This document shows, piece after piece, positions 26,565 to 36,706 of a DNA stretch of 64,000 bases. The stretch lies in IMG/VR virus record IMGVR_UViG_3300038393_001696; one strand, written 5' to 3'. This DNA comes from an uncultured virus (IMG/VR IMGVR_UViG_3300038393_001696). Lineage: Duplodnaviria; Heunggongvirae; Uroviricota; Caudoviricetes. Positions within the stretch are counted from its first letter, which is position 1. Each line of letters begins with the position of its first letter. The notes beneath the pieces were generated by a model. That model saw only the letters and a list, made by a program, of their open reading frames with translations. It was not told where the DNA came from and did not search any database. The translations under genes and the position numbers were made by a program.

Positions 26565-29500
26565 GTAGTCACTTTCGTCGCGAGCGGCTTGTTGCCGTTG
26601 AGGGCGTCGTCGAGGTGGCTGGCGGTGGCCGCGGTGTGGCCGGCGATCGAGCGCAGCGCGTCGCGCAGGTCCTGCTCGAGCTCGGCGCGCGCCTTGCGCT
26701 CCTGCTCGAGTGCGTCGGACAGCCGGCGCACCTCGGCGGCCAGGGTGTCGCTGTTGGCCGCCGGGCTGGCCGCGCGCCGCAGGAACTCGGCGGTCTGCTG
26801 AGTGTTCCAGATGCGCGAGGCGCCGGTGGCCTCGAGCTCAGGGCCGTCTTCGCCGACCACACGCAGGCCGCCGCCGAACCAGCCGCCGCCGGCGAAGCCG
26901 GGGATGTGGTGCTTGGCCTCGGCGCTGCCAGCGATCGCGTTGCCGATGTCGGCCAGCGAGACGCCGTGGCTGGCCTGGTCGACCCAGAACTGCAGGCCGG
27001 CGGCGTCCGGCGGGCGCCCCAGCATGGTCTGGTACATGCCGCGGATGGTCGCCTCCGGCGAGCCGGTGATCGCGCCGACGATGCTGTCGAGCGAGGCGCC
27101 GGCGGCCGCCTGCTGCTGCCAGAACGCCAGCCCGGCCGCATCCGGCGCGCGCCCGAGCGCGCTCTGGTAGGCCTGGTTCACCTTGGCGGTGGCGGCGTTG
27201 ACCGGGTTGGCCAGCGCCGACTCGATCGCGAGGCGCACGCCGTCGACCGCGTCGTTCAGCGACAGCAGCAGGGTCGACTGGCCCTTGGCGATGTCGATCT
27301 GGTCCTGCATGCTGGACAGCACGCCGTCGAGGTCCTTCAACTGCTGGTTCAGCGCGTCCAGCGACTTCTGCTCGACCGACAGGCTGTCGTCGGTCAGGCC
27401 GGCCAGCTGGGCGATGTCGCCCTGGGTCGCGTACAGGTCGAGCAGGTAGTCCTGATAGGTGCGGAACTGGCTCGCCGCGTCCTTGGTCAGCACCGACAGC
27501 GCGCCCTTGAGCGCATCGGCGTCGGGCAGCGGGCCGCCGGCCTTGGCGACGGCCAGCGCGCGGCGAATCTGCGCCTGCGCCTGCGCCCGGCTCATCATCA
27601 GCGCGTCACTGCCGCGCATGGTGTCGAGCGTCGAATGCAGCGCGTCCGACAGCGACTTGAGGCGGTTGACCACCGCCGTCTCGGCGTCGATGCGCGTCTG
27701 CACGCCAGTCTTCTCGCGCGCGACCACCTTCTGCAGCGCCGCATAGGCCACATCCACCGAACCCATCAGCGTGGAGGCGTTGGTCTTGACCTGCTCGATC
27801 GCGGCGGCAGCGGCCTTGGCCGCCTGCACCTGGTCGAACAGCGCGCGGTTGGACTCATCCAGCGCGGCGCGCTGCTTGGCCAAGAGCTCGACGTTGGTCA
27901 GGGTCAGCTGGTCGAGCTGGTCCTGCAGGTCCTTGCGCTCGGCCAGGATGTCGGCCTGGGTGCGGAAGTAGCCGTCGGACGCCGGGTGGGTCTGGGCGAA
28001 CGCCGCGTTCAGCGCCATCAGGTCGTCGAACTGCTTGGCGCCGGCCTCGGTCAGCACCGCGCCGGAGCTCACCAGCTGGTTGACGTAGGCCTTGAACTGC
28101 TCGCGGCTGGTGATCCACGCAAGGCCCATGCCGGCCAGCGCGGCGTCGACCGCCTGCGCCACCGGTGCGAGGCGCTCGGCCTCGGTCAGGAAGGCCTGGT
28201 TGTAGCTGGCGGCCTGCTGGCTGAGCGTGGAGGCACCGCCGGCCAGGTCGAGCAGGCGTTCGCGCGCATCCGCCGAGGCCAGCCCGACCGCGCCGAACAT
28301 GGCGACCGCGTTCGTGCCGACCAGCTGCGCGAGCTGGTCGGTGGCCTGGAAGTCGCCGGCCAGGCGCTGCAAGGTGGCGGCGGCGGTCTCGCCCGACTTG
28401 CTGAAGCGGTCCAGGCCGGGCACCAGCGTGGTCGCCAGCTCGTCGCCGATGCCGGCGAAGAAGTCGGTGATGGTCTGCTGGTCCTTGGCGGCGTCGCCGC
28501 TCAGGGTCAGGTCGAAATATTTCGAATAACCCTTGATCGCATCGGCGTTGACACCGAGCGTCTTGGCGAAGCCGCTCGATGCGGTCTCGAGCGCAGACAG
28601 GCCCTGGGTGAACTGGCTGACGGTGGCGGCGCTGAAGGGGGTGGTGGTCTGCCAGTCCTTGTCGCTGCGGAACCAGCCGCCGTCCTGGTGCAAGTCCGTG
28701 TAATTGAGGCCGGTCAGGCTGGTGGCGCTGAGCGTGCCCTGCATGCCCTGCTTCTTCACCTCGGTCGAGCCCATGCCGAAGGCACGGTTGAACAGGCCGC
28801 CGACCACGCCGCCGACCACGCCACCGATCGGGCCCAGCAGCGCCGCACCGACCGCGGTGGCGATGTTGGTCACCGCCTGGCCGTGGTTGACGCTGTAGTC
28901 GCCGGCGATCGCATTGCCGATGTAGTGGCCGCCTAGCAGCCCGGCACCGTAGGCGGCGGCAGTGCCGGCCATGCTGGCGGCCGGCGTCAGCGCCTGGCCG
29001 GAAGCGGTCGCCAGCCCCTGCGAGGCCAGCGGGGTGTAGCCGGCCGCGCTGAGCGCCGACTGCACACCGCCCGCCACCATGTCCGACAAGCCGGCGAAGC
29101 CCAGCGACGCTGCCTTGTACAGCGCGGCGGCGCCTTGCGCGGCGCCGATCGCGCCCGAAGCCGATGCCCCGGCAGCGCCGGTGCCGCCGGCTCCAAGCGC
29201 GCCGGATCCTGCCGCAATCTCGCCGGCAACTGCCGCCGGACTGACGCCGAGGAAGCTGCCGACCAGCTGCACCACGAACGGGCGCGCGAAAAGTTTGTAG
29301 AGCTGGTCCGCCACCGTGGTCTTGAAGGTGGTCACCAGCGACTGCGTGAACGAGCTCCAGCCGGCACGGCCGTTGTTGAGCATGTCGGCGAAGCCGGCCG
29401 TGAAGACCTGGTCGTACTGGTCGACCGCCTTCTTGAACTGGTCGTAGCGGAATTCCTGGTCGGCGCCGTCGACCACGGCGGCGGCGCGCTCGCGCAGCGC

Positions 29501-31633
29501 CTTCGCCTGGTCGCGGATGATCGCGGCGCGCTGGCCGTCGGCGTACATCACTTCCGCGAGGTCTGCCTCCTGCTCCTTGCGGGCGGCGGCATCGAGCAGG
29601 CGCGCCGCGGTCAGCGAGGCGATCTGGGTCTTGGACAGGCCGATCTGCGCGTTGTAGTCGAGCTGTGCCTGGGTGCTCTGGATCAGGCTGTTGCGCTCGG
29701 CCATGTCGGACTCGATGACCTTGGCGGTGTTGTCGACCGCCAGCCGGTAGCGGCGCTGCTCGGCGGCGGCGAGGTCGTTGGTGCGCTGTTCCTGCCGGTT
29801 GGTGCGCTGCTCGTCCAGAACCTTCCTCTGGCCTTCGAGGTCTTCCACCTCCTTTTTGCTGTTGGCCTTCTGCTTCGTCAGCGTGATCTCTTTTTCCAGC
29901 GCCTCGCGCTTGCGATCGAACGCCTTCAACTCCGCGTCAGCGGTCTGGTTGATGGCGTCGTCCTCGGTCATGCTGCCGGCGGCGCGCAGCGCGGCGATGC
30001 GCGCCAGCTCGCGCTGGGTCAGCACATCCTGCACGCCGTCACGGCGCTTCAGCGATTCGATCTGCGCATCGACGCCGGCGTTATACAGGTCGGCGTACGA
30101 CTTGTTGATCGCGGCGATGCGGTCGTTGATGGCCTGGTCCGACACGCCGGCCGCGAGGCCTTCGTTGCGCGCCTTGGCAATCGCCTTGTCGCGCTGCTGC
30201 TCCCTGCTCAGGAACTGGTCGCCCGCCTTGTCCCACGTCTGTTGGGCCGCTTCCAGCTTGTCGCTGATCGCCGCCTGCGCCGCATCCCACTTGTCCTTGG
30301 CGATCACGAACTCGAGCTCGACCTTGCGCGCCTGGTTCTTCTTCAGGTTGGCGCGGTCCTCGGCGTTGCCGCCGACCGACGGGTCGAACGCCTTCTGGGC
30401 GCGCGCGATCGCGGCGTTGACCTTGTCCAGCTGCTGCTGCGGGGTCTCTTCGCGGCCGACATCCAGCATGGCGTCCCACGCCTTCTTGGCGAAGTCGGTC
30501 ACGCCGCGCCAGCCGCGCTCGAGCGTGCCGAGGTGCTCCTGCATCTTCGCCGCGCGGTTGCCGAACGCGGTCGCGTAGGCGTTCTGCGCAACCTCGCCCG
30601 CCTCCTCGGTGCGGCCCTGGTCCTCCAGCGCCTTGATCTGGGCCAGCACGGCGGCGGTCAGGTAGTGGTACTGCTCGTTCAGCTTCTGGCTGGCCTGGAC
30701 CGGCGACTTGCCGAGCTCGGCAAAGTCGCTGACGGTGTCCTGCACGCTGCGGCCGAGGTTGCGCTGCACCTCGATCGCGACCCGGCCGAACTTCTGCATG
30801 TTCTCGGCACCGACCTGCCCCGTGGCCGTCAGCGCTGCCACCGCCTCGGCGGCCTGCCCCTGCGTGCCGACCACCTTGCCGATGGCGCGGGCGGCGTCGG
30901 CCAGCATGGCGGCGCTCTCGCCGGCGGCGTTGCCCGACATGATGAGCGAGTTGGCGTAGGCGCCCGCTTCCTTCGAGCCCTGGTTGTAGGCCACCGCCAG
31001 CGCGACCGCCGCCGCCGCGGCCACCGTGTAGGGCGTGACGAGGCTGGTGACGTAGCTGGCCAGCCCGCGCGCGGCGGCGCCGGTGCTGCCGAACGAGTCG
31101 CGCAGCTGGCCGCCCTGCTGCAGCAGCACCGTGATCGGCGCCTGCCCGCCCTGCAGGCTGGTGACGATGTCCATGAACTGCGCCGGCACCTGGCGCATCG
31201 CGTTGGCCGTCTGGGCGGCGCTCACGCCGACATTGTTCAGGGCCGCCGGGGCCGCATTCAGGGCGCCGGTCGCGCGCGCCTGGGCCTGCTCGACCGCGCG
31301 CAGCTGGGCCAGGTACGGCGCCAGCACGTTCGGGTCGATGCCGCGCTGGCGCGCCAGCACCTCGAAGTACTGGGCGCTGCTGCGCGAGCCGGCCTCCATC
31401 TGCGCCGTGGTGCGCTGGATCGACTGGATCAGGCTACGCTGGGCGGCCTCGACGTTGCGGGCCGAGCCGCCGGCGGCGGTGCCGACGTCGGCCACCGCGC
31501 GCTCGGCGCGCTCGCCGGAACGCTCGACGCTCTGCGCCATGCCGGCGGCCTGCTGGCCGATCTCGGCGAAGCCTTCGCGCGTGCGGGTGGTGTCCACCTC
31601 GGCGACAAGTTGTACGCGGCGCTCTTCGGTCAT
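26561..31633 (-). CDS. Tail tape measure protein (lambda H-like) with C-terminal DUF4214-like repeats
   Basis: 1690 aa, Ala-rich; VPAQFMDIVTSLQGGQ..LLQQGGQL; two LGR.PDAAGL.FW repeats. Confidence 0.92.
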   Translation of the reverse strand: MTEERRVQLVAEVDTTRTREGFAEIGQQAAGMAQSVERSGERAERAVADVGTAAGGSARNVEAAQRSLIQSIQRTTAQMEAGSRSSAQYFEVLARQRGIDPNVLAPYLAQLRAVEQAQARATGALNAAPAALNNVGVSAAQTANAMRQVPAQFMDIVTSLQGGQAPITVLLQQGGQLRDSFGSTGAAARGLASYVTSLVTPYTVAAAAAVALAVAYNQGSKEAGAYANSLIMSGNAAGESAAMLADAARAIGKVVGTQGQAAEAVAALTATGQVGAENMQKFGRVAIEVQRNLGRSVQDTVSDFAELGKSPVQASQKLNEQYHYLTAAVLAQIKALEDQGRTEEAGEVAQNAYATAFGNRAAKMQEHLGTLERGWRGVTDFAKKAWDAMLDVGREETPQQQLDKVNAAIARAQKAFDPSVGGNAEDRANLKKNQARKVELEFVIAKDKWDAAQAAISDKLEAAQQTWDKAGDQFLSREQQRDKAIAKARNEGLAAGVSDQAINDRIAAINKSYADLYNAGVDAQIESLKRRDGVQDVLTQRELARIAALRAAGSMTEDDAINQTADAELKAFDRKREALEKEITLTKQKANSKKEVEDLEGQRKVLDEQRTNRQEQRTNDLAAAEQRRYRLAVDNTAKVIESDMAERNSLIQSTQAQLDYNAQIGLSKTQIASLTAARLLDAAARKEQEADLAEVMYADGQRAAIIRDQAKALRERAAAVVDGADQEFRYDQFKKAVDQYDQVFTAGFADMLNNGRAGWSSFTQSLVTTFKTTVADQLYKLFARPFVVQLVGSFLGVSPAAVAGEIAAGSGALGAGGTGAAGASASGAIGAAQGAAALYKAASLGFAGLSDMVAGGVQSALSAAGYTPLASQGLATASGQALTPAASMAGTAAAYGAGLLGGHYIGNAIAGDYSVNHGQAVTNIATAVGAALLGPIGGVVGGVVGGLFNRAFGMGSTEVKKQGMQGTLSATSLTGLNYTDLHQDGGWFRSDKDWQTTTPFSAATVSQFTQGLSALETASSGFAKTLGVNADAIKGYSKYFDLTLSGDAAKDQQTITDFFAGIGDELATTLVPGLDRFSKSGETAAATLQRLAGDFQATDQLAQLVGTNAVAMFGAVGLASADARERLLDLAGGASTLSQQAASYNQAFLTEAERLAPVAQAVDAALAGMGLAWITSREQFKAYVNQLVSSGAVLTEAGAKQFDDLMALNAAFAQTHPASDGYFRTQADILAERKDLQDQLDQLTLTNVELLAKQRAALDESNRALFDQVQAAKAAAAAIEQVKTNASTLMGSVDVAYAALQKVVAREKTGVQTRIDAETAVVNRLKSLSDALHSTLDTMRGSDALMMSRAQAQAQIRRALAVAKAGGPLPDADALKGALSVLTKDAASQFRTYQDYLLDLYATQGDIAQLAGLTDDSLSVEQKSLDALNQQLKDLDGVLSSMQDQIDIAKGQSTLLLSLNDAVDGVRLAIESALANPVNAATAKVNQAYQSALGRAPDAAGLAFWQQQAAAGASLDSIVGAITGSPEATIRGMYQTMLGRPPDAAGLQFWVDQASHGVSLADIGNAIAGSAEAKHHIPGFAGGGWFGGGLRVVGEDGPELEATGASRIWNTQQTAEFLRRAASPAANSDTLAAEVRRLSDALEQERKARAELEQDLRDALRSIAGHTAATASHLDDALNGNKPLATKVTT

Positions 31634-31694
31634 GGTCTACCCAACAAAAAAGCCACCCGCAGGTGGCCCAAATAAAAACAGCGACGCCGCAGCG

Positions 31695-31823
31695 TCACTG
31701 CACGAACAGTTTCAGCACCAGCGCGAGGCCGGCGCACGCCGAACCGATGGCCACGCCAACCGCAACGGTGATTGCCGCCGTCGCCAGTCGCTTGCCGACG
31801 ATTCCCGCATCGCGCTCGTTCAT
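31695..31823 (-). CDS. Small hydrophobic peptide (possible moron)
   Basis: 42 aa MNERDAGIVGKRLATAAITVAVGVAIG...; lies between hairpins at 31646 and 31901. Confidence 0.35.
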   Translation of the reverse strand: MNERDAGIVGKRLATAAITVAVGVAIGSACAGLALVLKLFVQ

Positions 31824-31946
31824 CTTCCCACTCACTTTCAGTTGATTTTTCGCGGTATACTTCATCCATGTTCTTTCGTAGTTGGGTACGGAGGAAACAG
31901 AAAAGCCCTGAACGTTGCTGCGCTCAGGGCTTTTTGCTTTGATGCG

Positions 31947-32695
31947 TCAATCCGGGTTGCCGCTCATCGCTTCGATCGCGGCGAACTCCATCGTGCGGAT
32001 GTCGTCCTCGAGCGCGTCGTAGTCGTCCGGGCCGAGGCGCATCCGGTCCATCTTCCGGTGCAGCGTGTTGTAGTCGAGCCCGATCAGGCCCATCGCGCCG
32101 GCGCGCCACTGCGTCTGCATGTAGCAGAACAACTCGTAGGCCGCCAGGTTTTCCGGCCACACCTCGACCGGGCCGGTGTCGAAGTCTTCCGGCGTCAGGC
32201 CCGCCGCCGCCATCTCGGCCAGCTGCTTGTCGCTGGGCGGCGGCGTGAACAGCGCCGCGGCGGCGGCCTTCAGTTTCCCAGCCGGCCCTCCGTGATCGCG
32301 GCGCGGTAGGCCCGGACGATCGCGTCGAACGCCGCCGGCACCTCGTCGGCCAGTTGCTCGACCGCCTTGCGGTCGAACGGCACGTCCAGGTTCCAGCCTT
32401 CGACCGCCTGCATCACGTAGTCCACCTGCAGCGCCACCGAGTGCTCGTGCATGTCGAGGTTGGTCAGCGGCTTGACCTGCTCGCCCGCCGCGGCGGCGGC
32501 CTTGACCTTGGCCACTTCCGCTTCGCCGGCCGCCTGCGCGGTGGCCTGCAGATCGTCGTTCAGCCTGGCGAACTCGCTGCGGGTGCGGTACTTGAAGGTC
32601 ACTTCCATGCTGCCGCTCTCGCCGTCCAGCAGCGGGAAGGTGATCTCGCGCTTGAACGACTTGGGGTGCGCGCCCAGCTTGATTTTCTGTGCCAT
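31947..32695 (-). CDS. Tail assembly chaperone G (32270-32695) with -1 frameshift extension GT (DUF1799-like)
   Basis: Slippery G GGA AAC at 32279-32273 just before the G stop; the -1 frame continues ...VWPEN...TQWR..GLDY. Confidence 0.85.
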
Positions 32696-32800
32696 GGTTG
32701 TTGTCTTTCTGTCGGATCGGAGGAAAAAGACCCGCGGGAGCTACCGCGCGGGCGGAAAAGCCCGGCCTTGGCGGACCACGACCGGGCTGGCATGAACGCT

Positions 32801-33448
32801 TTACGACGCGTAGCGCACGACGCGGCCCTGCAGCGCGAGGCCGCACTTGACCGTCATGCCCTGGCCCTTGGTCATCGCCGGGTTCGGGTTGAAGGCGGCG
32901 TAGCCGTTGTAGAGGATCGGCGCGCCGGACGGCAGGTTGACCTTGACCGCCGTCGGCGTGCCGGCGTCGGTGGCGGCCAGCAGCACGGCGTGGTGCGGCA
33001 GGGTCGGGTCGTCGGCGATGGTCATCGTCACCGTGGTGGCCGAGAAGCCGTTCGGCATGCTGATCTCGTCCGGGTAGTCGAGGTACTCCTCGGTGTTGAA
33101 TTTCGGGTCGCCGCCGGAGACCTCGAACGCCTTCATGAACGGGATCGGGGTCCAGGTGCTGATCTTGCGTACCGAGCCGACGCCGGCGCCGGCCGGGAAG
33201 ATCTTGGTCGAGGTGGTGTCGAAGGCTTCCAGCGTGACCGTGGTGCCGGTGGCGGCCTTGACGCGGAAGATGCGCATGTTGGCGCGCGGCCAGCCGCTGG
33301 TGAACTCGAGGAAGTCGCCGGTGGCGTAGGTGTTGGCGGCGGTGGTCAGCACGCATTCGGTCGCGTTGCTGGCGGCCGTGACCGAGACCGCGGCGGCGTA
33401 GGCGGAAGCGACCGCGTAGGTCGAGCCGTTCGGGATGGAGACAGCGAT
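32801..33448 (-). CDS. Major tail tube protein
   Basis: AVSIPNGST...SGW....RIFRV...GGDPKF; ATC at the expected start after RBS AAAGGA. Confidence 0.85.
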   Translation of the reverse strand: MAVSIPNGSTYAVASAYAAAVSVTAASNATECVLTTAANTYATGDFLEFTSGWPRANMRIFRVKAATGTTVTLEAFDTTSTKIFPAGAGVGSVRKISTWTPIPFMKAFEVSGGDPKFNTEEYLDYPDEISMPNGFSATTVTMTIADDPTLPHHAVLLAATDAGTPTAVKVNLPSGAPILYNGYAAFNPNPAMTKGQGMTVKCGLALQGRVVRYAS

Positions 33449-33550
33449 GATAGTTCCTTTCCGGCCGATCCCGGCCGACAGTGGCGCCCGTGCGGGCATG
33501 AAAAAAGCCGCCCGGCGGGTGCGGGGCGGCTCGGTTTGCGTGGCGGCCGG

Positions 33551-33898
33551 CTAGCGGTCGGCCCAGATCGAGAAGTCCTGGCGGGCGCCGGCCAGCTGCA
33601 TGTCCGGCTCGCTGGCGTCCTGCGATTCGCCCTGCGGCTCGGCCTGCAGGTCGGGGGCGGTGCGCAGCGCGAGCTCGACTTGCTGGATCAGTGCGTCGGG
33701 GTCGTCGCCGCCCCAGACGTTGACCTGCACCAGCGCGTTGCGCTTGCCCGGGACCATGTTGTCCATATAGGTCAGCGACTGGCCGCCGAGGCGCTGGTAG
33801 GTGATGTAGGGCTGCGCGGTGCCGACCGGCGCCGTGATGCGGAACACGCGCGGGCAGATCGTGCACAGCAGCGTCGTCAGTGTTTGTTCGAGGGTCAT
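33551..33898 (-). CDS. Tail terminator (DUF3168-like)
   Basis: PYITYQRLGG, VQVNVW, QDFSIW. Confidence 0.8.
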   Translation of the reverse strand: MTLEQTLTTLLCTICPRVFRITAPVGTAQPYITYQRLGGQSLTYMDNMVPGKRNALVQVNVWGGDDPDALIQQVELALRTAPDLQAEPQGESQDASEPDMQLAGARQDFSIWADR

Positions 33899-34413
33899 AC
33901 GATCGCCCTGTGCAGTACGTCGGCCGCCGCTTCGGCGGCCAGCGGGAATTTCACGGTCGCGCGGCGCGCGAACGCATGCGCGGCGACCTGCTTCGGCGCC
34001 GGCAGGGTGACGTAGTAGGCGTCCTTGGCGGCCTGCGAGGCTCGGCGGCCGGGCCTCGGCTTGCCGCGCGCTTCCGGCCGCACCGCGGTATACCAGTTGC
34101 CGTCCTTGCCGACATAGCTGGCGTAGCGCTGGATGTGCCCGAACTCGACCAGGTGGCCGTGCGGCGCCTTGCGCACGTTCCAGCTGACGTGGTAGGTCGC
34201 GCGGCCGGCGCCGCTGTGGTCCTGCGAGTAGACCTGGTAGATGCTGTCGGCGAGCTTGCCGGTCTTCTGCGGGATCGCGCGAACGTTGCGCAGCATCTCG
34301 TCGTACAGCACCTGGGCCATCGCCTGCGCCGCCGGGCGCGCAGCCTCCTCGACCTCGTCGGCCAGCTCCATCAGCATCGCTTCGGTACCGCCGGCCAGTC
34401 GCAGGAAGCTCAT
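33895..34413 (-). CDS. HK97 gp10-like neck protein
   Basis: TGKLADSIY, KAPHGHLVEFGH. Confidence 0.8.
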   Translation of the reverse strand: MSFLRLAGGTEAMLMELADEVEEAARPAAQAMAQVLYDEMLRNVRAIPQKTGKLADSIYQVYSQDHSGAGRATYHVSWNVRKAPHGHLVEFGHIQRYASYVGKDGNWYTAVRPEARGKPRPGRRASQAAKDAYYVTLPAPKQVAAHAFARRATVKFPLAAEAAADVLHRAIV

Positions 34414-34715
34414 TTGATCCCCTCCAGCGCCAGGTCGACCCGGGCCTTGCGCTGGTCGGGCAGGATCGCGGTGATCTTGTAGCGCACACCGCCGTACTCG
34501 ACCACCATGTCGTCGGCCAGGTCGGTGCAGAAACGAATCCGGGCCGAGCCGCGCACGACGGCGGCGGCGGCATCAGCCTTGATGGTCTGCATGCCGTTCA
34601 GCAGGCGCAAGTCCGCCCAGGCGTCGCGGTGCTTGACCAGTTCCGTCGACGGGCGGCCGGCGGTATCGGTGCCCGCCTGCGGGCGGTACAGCGTTATCTT
34701 CTGGTTGCGCGCCAT
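34410..34715 (-). CDS. Head closure / head-tail adaptor
   Basis: About 100 aa; AWAD, IRF..DL..DM, YKITAILPD; synteny. Confidence 0.75.
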   Translation of the reverse strand: MARNQKITLYRPQAGTDTAGRPSTELVKHRDAWADLRLLNGMQTIKADAAAAVVRGSARIRFCTDLADDMVVEYGGVRYKITAILPDQRKARVDLALEGIK

Positions 34716-34718
34716 CGG

Positions 34719-35279
34719 TCAGGAATAGACTTTGAGCGGCCACAGGAGCCGGATCAGGTTGTCGGTTTTCGGCGGCTCGTCGAGCGCGAACTGCGCCTGG
34801 ATCCGGCCGAGGATGAAGCTCTGGACCGGCGCCGGCACGGCGCTGTCATCGGCGCCGTAGCCGCAGCGGCACTGCACCTCGACCGCGTTGATGCGGGCTG
34901 CGGTCGCCGGCCATGCCTTGCCCGGCGCCGGGACCAGGTAGCCAGGCTCGCTCTCGGCGTCGAGCAGGTAGTCCTGCGGGTCCAGCGTCTGCCGCGCGCC
35001 GTCCGTGTCGTAGAACTTGACGTGGTCGACGCTGATTAGCGGCGGGCGCGCCAGCTCGATCGCATCGGGGAAGCTGTCGAGCGTCACGCGCCAGGTTTGT
35101 TCGATCACCGCGCGCCCGGTCTCGTGCTCGGCCTCGGCTGTGTAGGTGGCGATCGCCAGCGCGAGGTCGCCGTCCAGCGGCGAAGTGCCGTCGTCGTTCA
35201 GGTCGACGCGGGCCGCGGTGCGCGCCGCTGCCAGCGAGACCGCCGGCGCGGCCGGTTCGATGATGCGTCTTGTCGTCAT
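34719..35279 (-). CDS. Head-tail connector (phiE125 gp8-like)
   Basis: AVSLAAAR, AEHETGRAVIEQTW, CGYG...VPAP. Confidence 0.8.
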   Translation of the reverse strand: MTTRRIIEPAAPAVSLAAARTAARVDLNDDGTSPLDGDLALAIATYTAEAEHETGRAVIEQTWRVTLDSFPDAIELARPPLISVDHVKFYDTDGARQTLDPQDYLLDAESEPGYLVPAPGKAWPATAARINAVEVQCRCGYGADDSAVPAPVQSFILGRIQAQFALDEPPKTDNLIRLLWPLKVYS

Positions 35280-36166
35280 CGGGAATTCCTTTGGGTTGCG
35301 CCAGGCCGGCCGGCGCCGCGCTGCACGGGGCGAGCCTGGTAGTCGTGACGCTGCGGCGCGTAGCCGGCGCCGGCCGGGGCGCGCGCATAGTCGACCTGGG
35401 CGCTGTACTTGAGCAGCGCAGCGGCGCCGCCGAGCGGGATACCGTCCGGCTGGGCCGCCAGACGCCGGGAGGCGCGCAGCAGCACGGCGCTGCCGTCGAC
35501 GGCGGCGGCGCCTGCCGAAGCCACCAGGCGGCGAGCCAGCAGAAGGCGTCCCGCTGCTGCGCCGATCGCGAGCGGTGCTGGGTCCACCGGCAGCAGCCGC
35601 GCCGCCAGCAGCCCGGAACCGCCGCCGCCCAGCGCGAGCGCGTCAGGCTCCGCAGCCAGCGTGTAGGTCGGGCCGACCGTGCCATCGAGCGGCACGTACT
35701 GGAAGTCCGCCCGCGTCGCGCCGAGGCCGAGCGCGCCGCTGGAAGCGGCCAGAAGGCGCGCTGCGCGAAGGGGCGCGGCTTGCCCGGCGAGCGGCAACGC
35801 GTCGCCGTCGGCGACCAGCCGGCGCTGAGTGGCGAGGCTGGCATTGGCGCCCGCCAGCCCAACGGGGCCGACTTGCGCCGCGATGACCCGGGCCGTCCGC
35901 AGTGCGGCGGCGGTGCCTGCCAGCGAGAGGGCGCCCGGTTGGGCGGCCAACGTGCGGGAGGCGAACAGGCCGGCCGGCGCACCGGCGAGCGGCAGCGGCG
36001 CGGCCGCGGCGGGCAGATTGCGGTTGGCGAGCAGCGCCGCTGCCGATCCGCCCAGCGCCGTGGCAGCGCTGCCGGCGGCCAGCGTATATTGCTTCGGCCC
36101 TGACGCCGCCCGGGCCGGGGCCAGTCCCAGTGGCGCCAGACCGAGCGGCGAGAGGCCGAGCGCCAT
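35276..36166 (-). CDS. Ala/Gly-rich repetitive virion protein
   Basis: Recurring R.L.A..G.L.LAG units. Confidence 0.55.
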   Translation of the reverse strand: MALGLSPLGLAPLGLAPARAASGPKQYTLAAGSAATALGGSAAALLANRNLPAAAAPLPLAGAPAGLFASRTLAAQPGALSLAGTAAALRTARVIAAQVGPVGLAGANASLATQRRLVADGDALPLAGQAAPLRAARLLAASSGALGLGATRADFQYVPLDGTVGPTYTLAAEPDALALGGGGSGLLAARLLPVDPAPLAIGAAAGRLLLARRLVASAGAAAVDGSAVLLRASRRLAAQPDGIPLGGAAALLKYSAQVDYARAPAGAGYAPQRHDYQARPVQRGAGRPGATQRNSR

Positions 36167-36706
36167 TTACACCTCCGGCCAGCCGGTTGAGTAGTCGTAG
36201 GCGGCGACCGCCTCGCACGAGTCGAGTGCCATGATCGCGTCGCGGTGGCGGCCGTCGGTACCCCCGATGGCCGATTCCAGCGCCTGGAACCGCGCCGCAT
36301 TGCCCATGACCTTGTCAACGAGCGCCGCGAGCGTGATTCCGCGCCCCGCCGCCTCGGCCGACAGCATCGGGCAAGCCGCGTTGGGGTCGGCGCTGAACGC
36401 GATGGCCTCGGCGCGCTTGATCGGCCAGCTGGCCATCTCGCCCTGGGCGACCGCCGCCGTTGCCAGGTCGCGCAGGTTCTTGGAATGCGCCAGCACCTCG
36501 GCGCACCTGGCGGACCTGGCGTAGGCCAACGCATCGGCCGCCGTGTAGCCGTCGATAAAGGCCTGCGCCGCTGGCGCATCGCTGGCGAACTCGCCCGACA
36601 CGCCGCCCTCGACCTGGATGCCGCGCGCCGCCAGCGTCTCGTACAGACCCGGCAGGTAGCCGTTCGGCAGCGTGATCCGGCAGGCTTCGTTTTCGTAAAT
36701 GCTCAT
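36167..36706 (-). CDS. Fibre-assembly-like protein
   Basis: EMASWPIKRAEA, EAAGRGITL..LV.KV, C-terminal GWP. Confidence 0.55.
   Translation of the reverse strand: MSIYENEACRITLPNGYLPGLYETLAARGIQVEGGVSGEFASDAPAAQAFIDGYTAADALAYARSARCAEVLAHSKNLRDLATAAVAQGEMASWPIKRAEAIAFSADPNAACPMLSAEAAGRGITLAALVDKVMGNAARFQALESAIGGTDGRHRDAIMALDSCEAVAAYDYSTGWPEV

Noticed and set aside
32270..32280. Frameshift pseudogene in the tail chaperone
   Set aside because: Matches the well-known programmed -1 G/GT frameshift (G GGA AAC), so it is not a lesion
26615..32309. Long plus-strand ORFs (773, 846 and 408 aa) opposite the tape measure gene
   Set aside because: Antisense shadow frames typical of GC-rich coding DNA; no motifs. 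The same applies to 38063-40516 and 42022-44241
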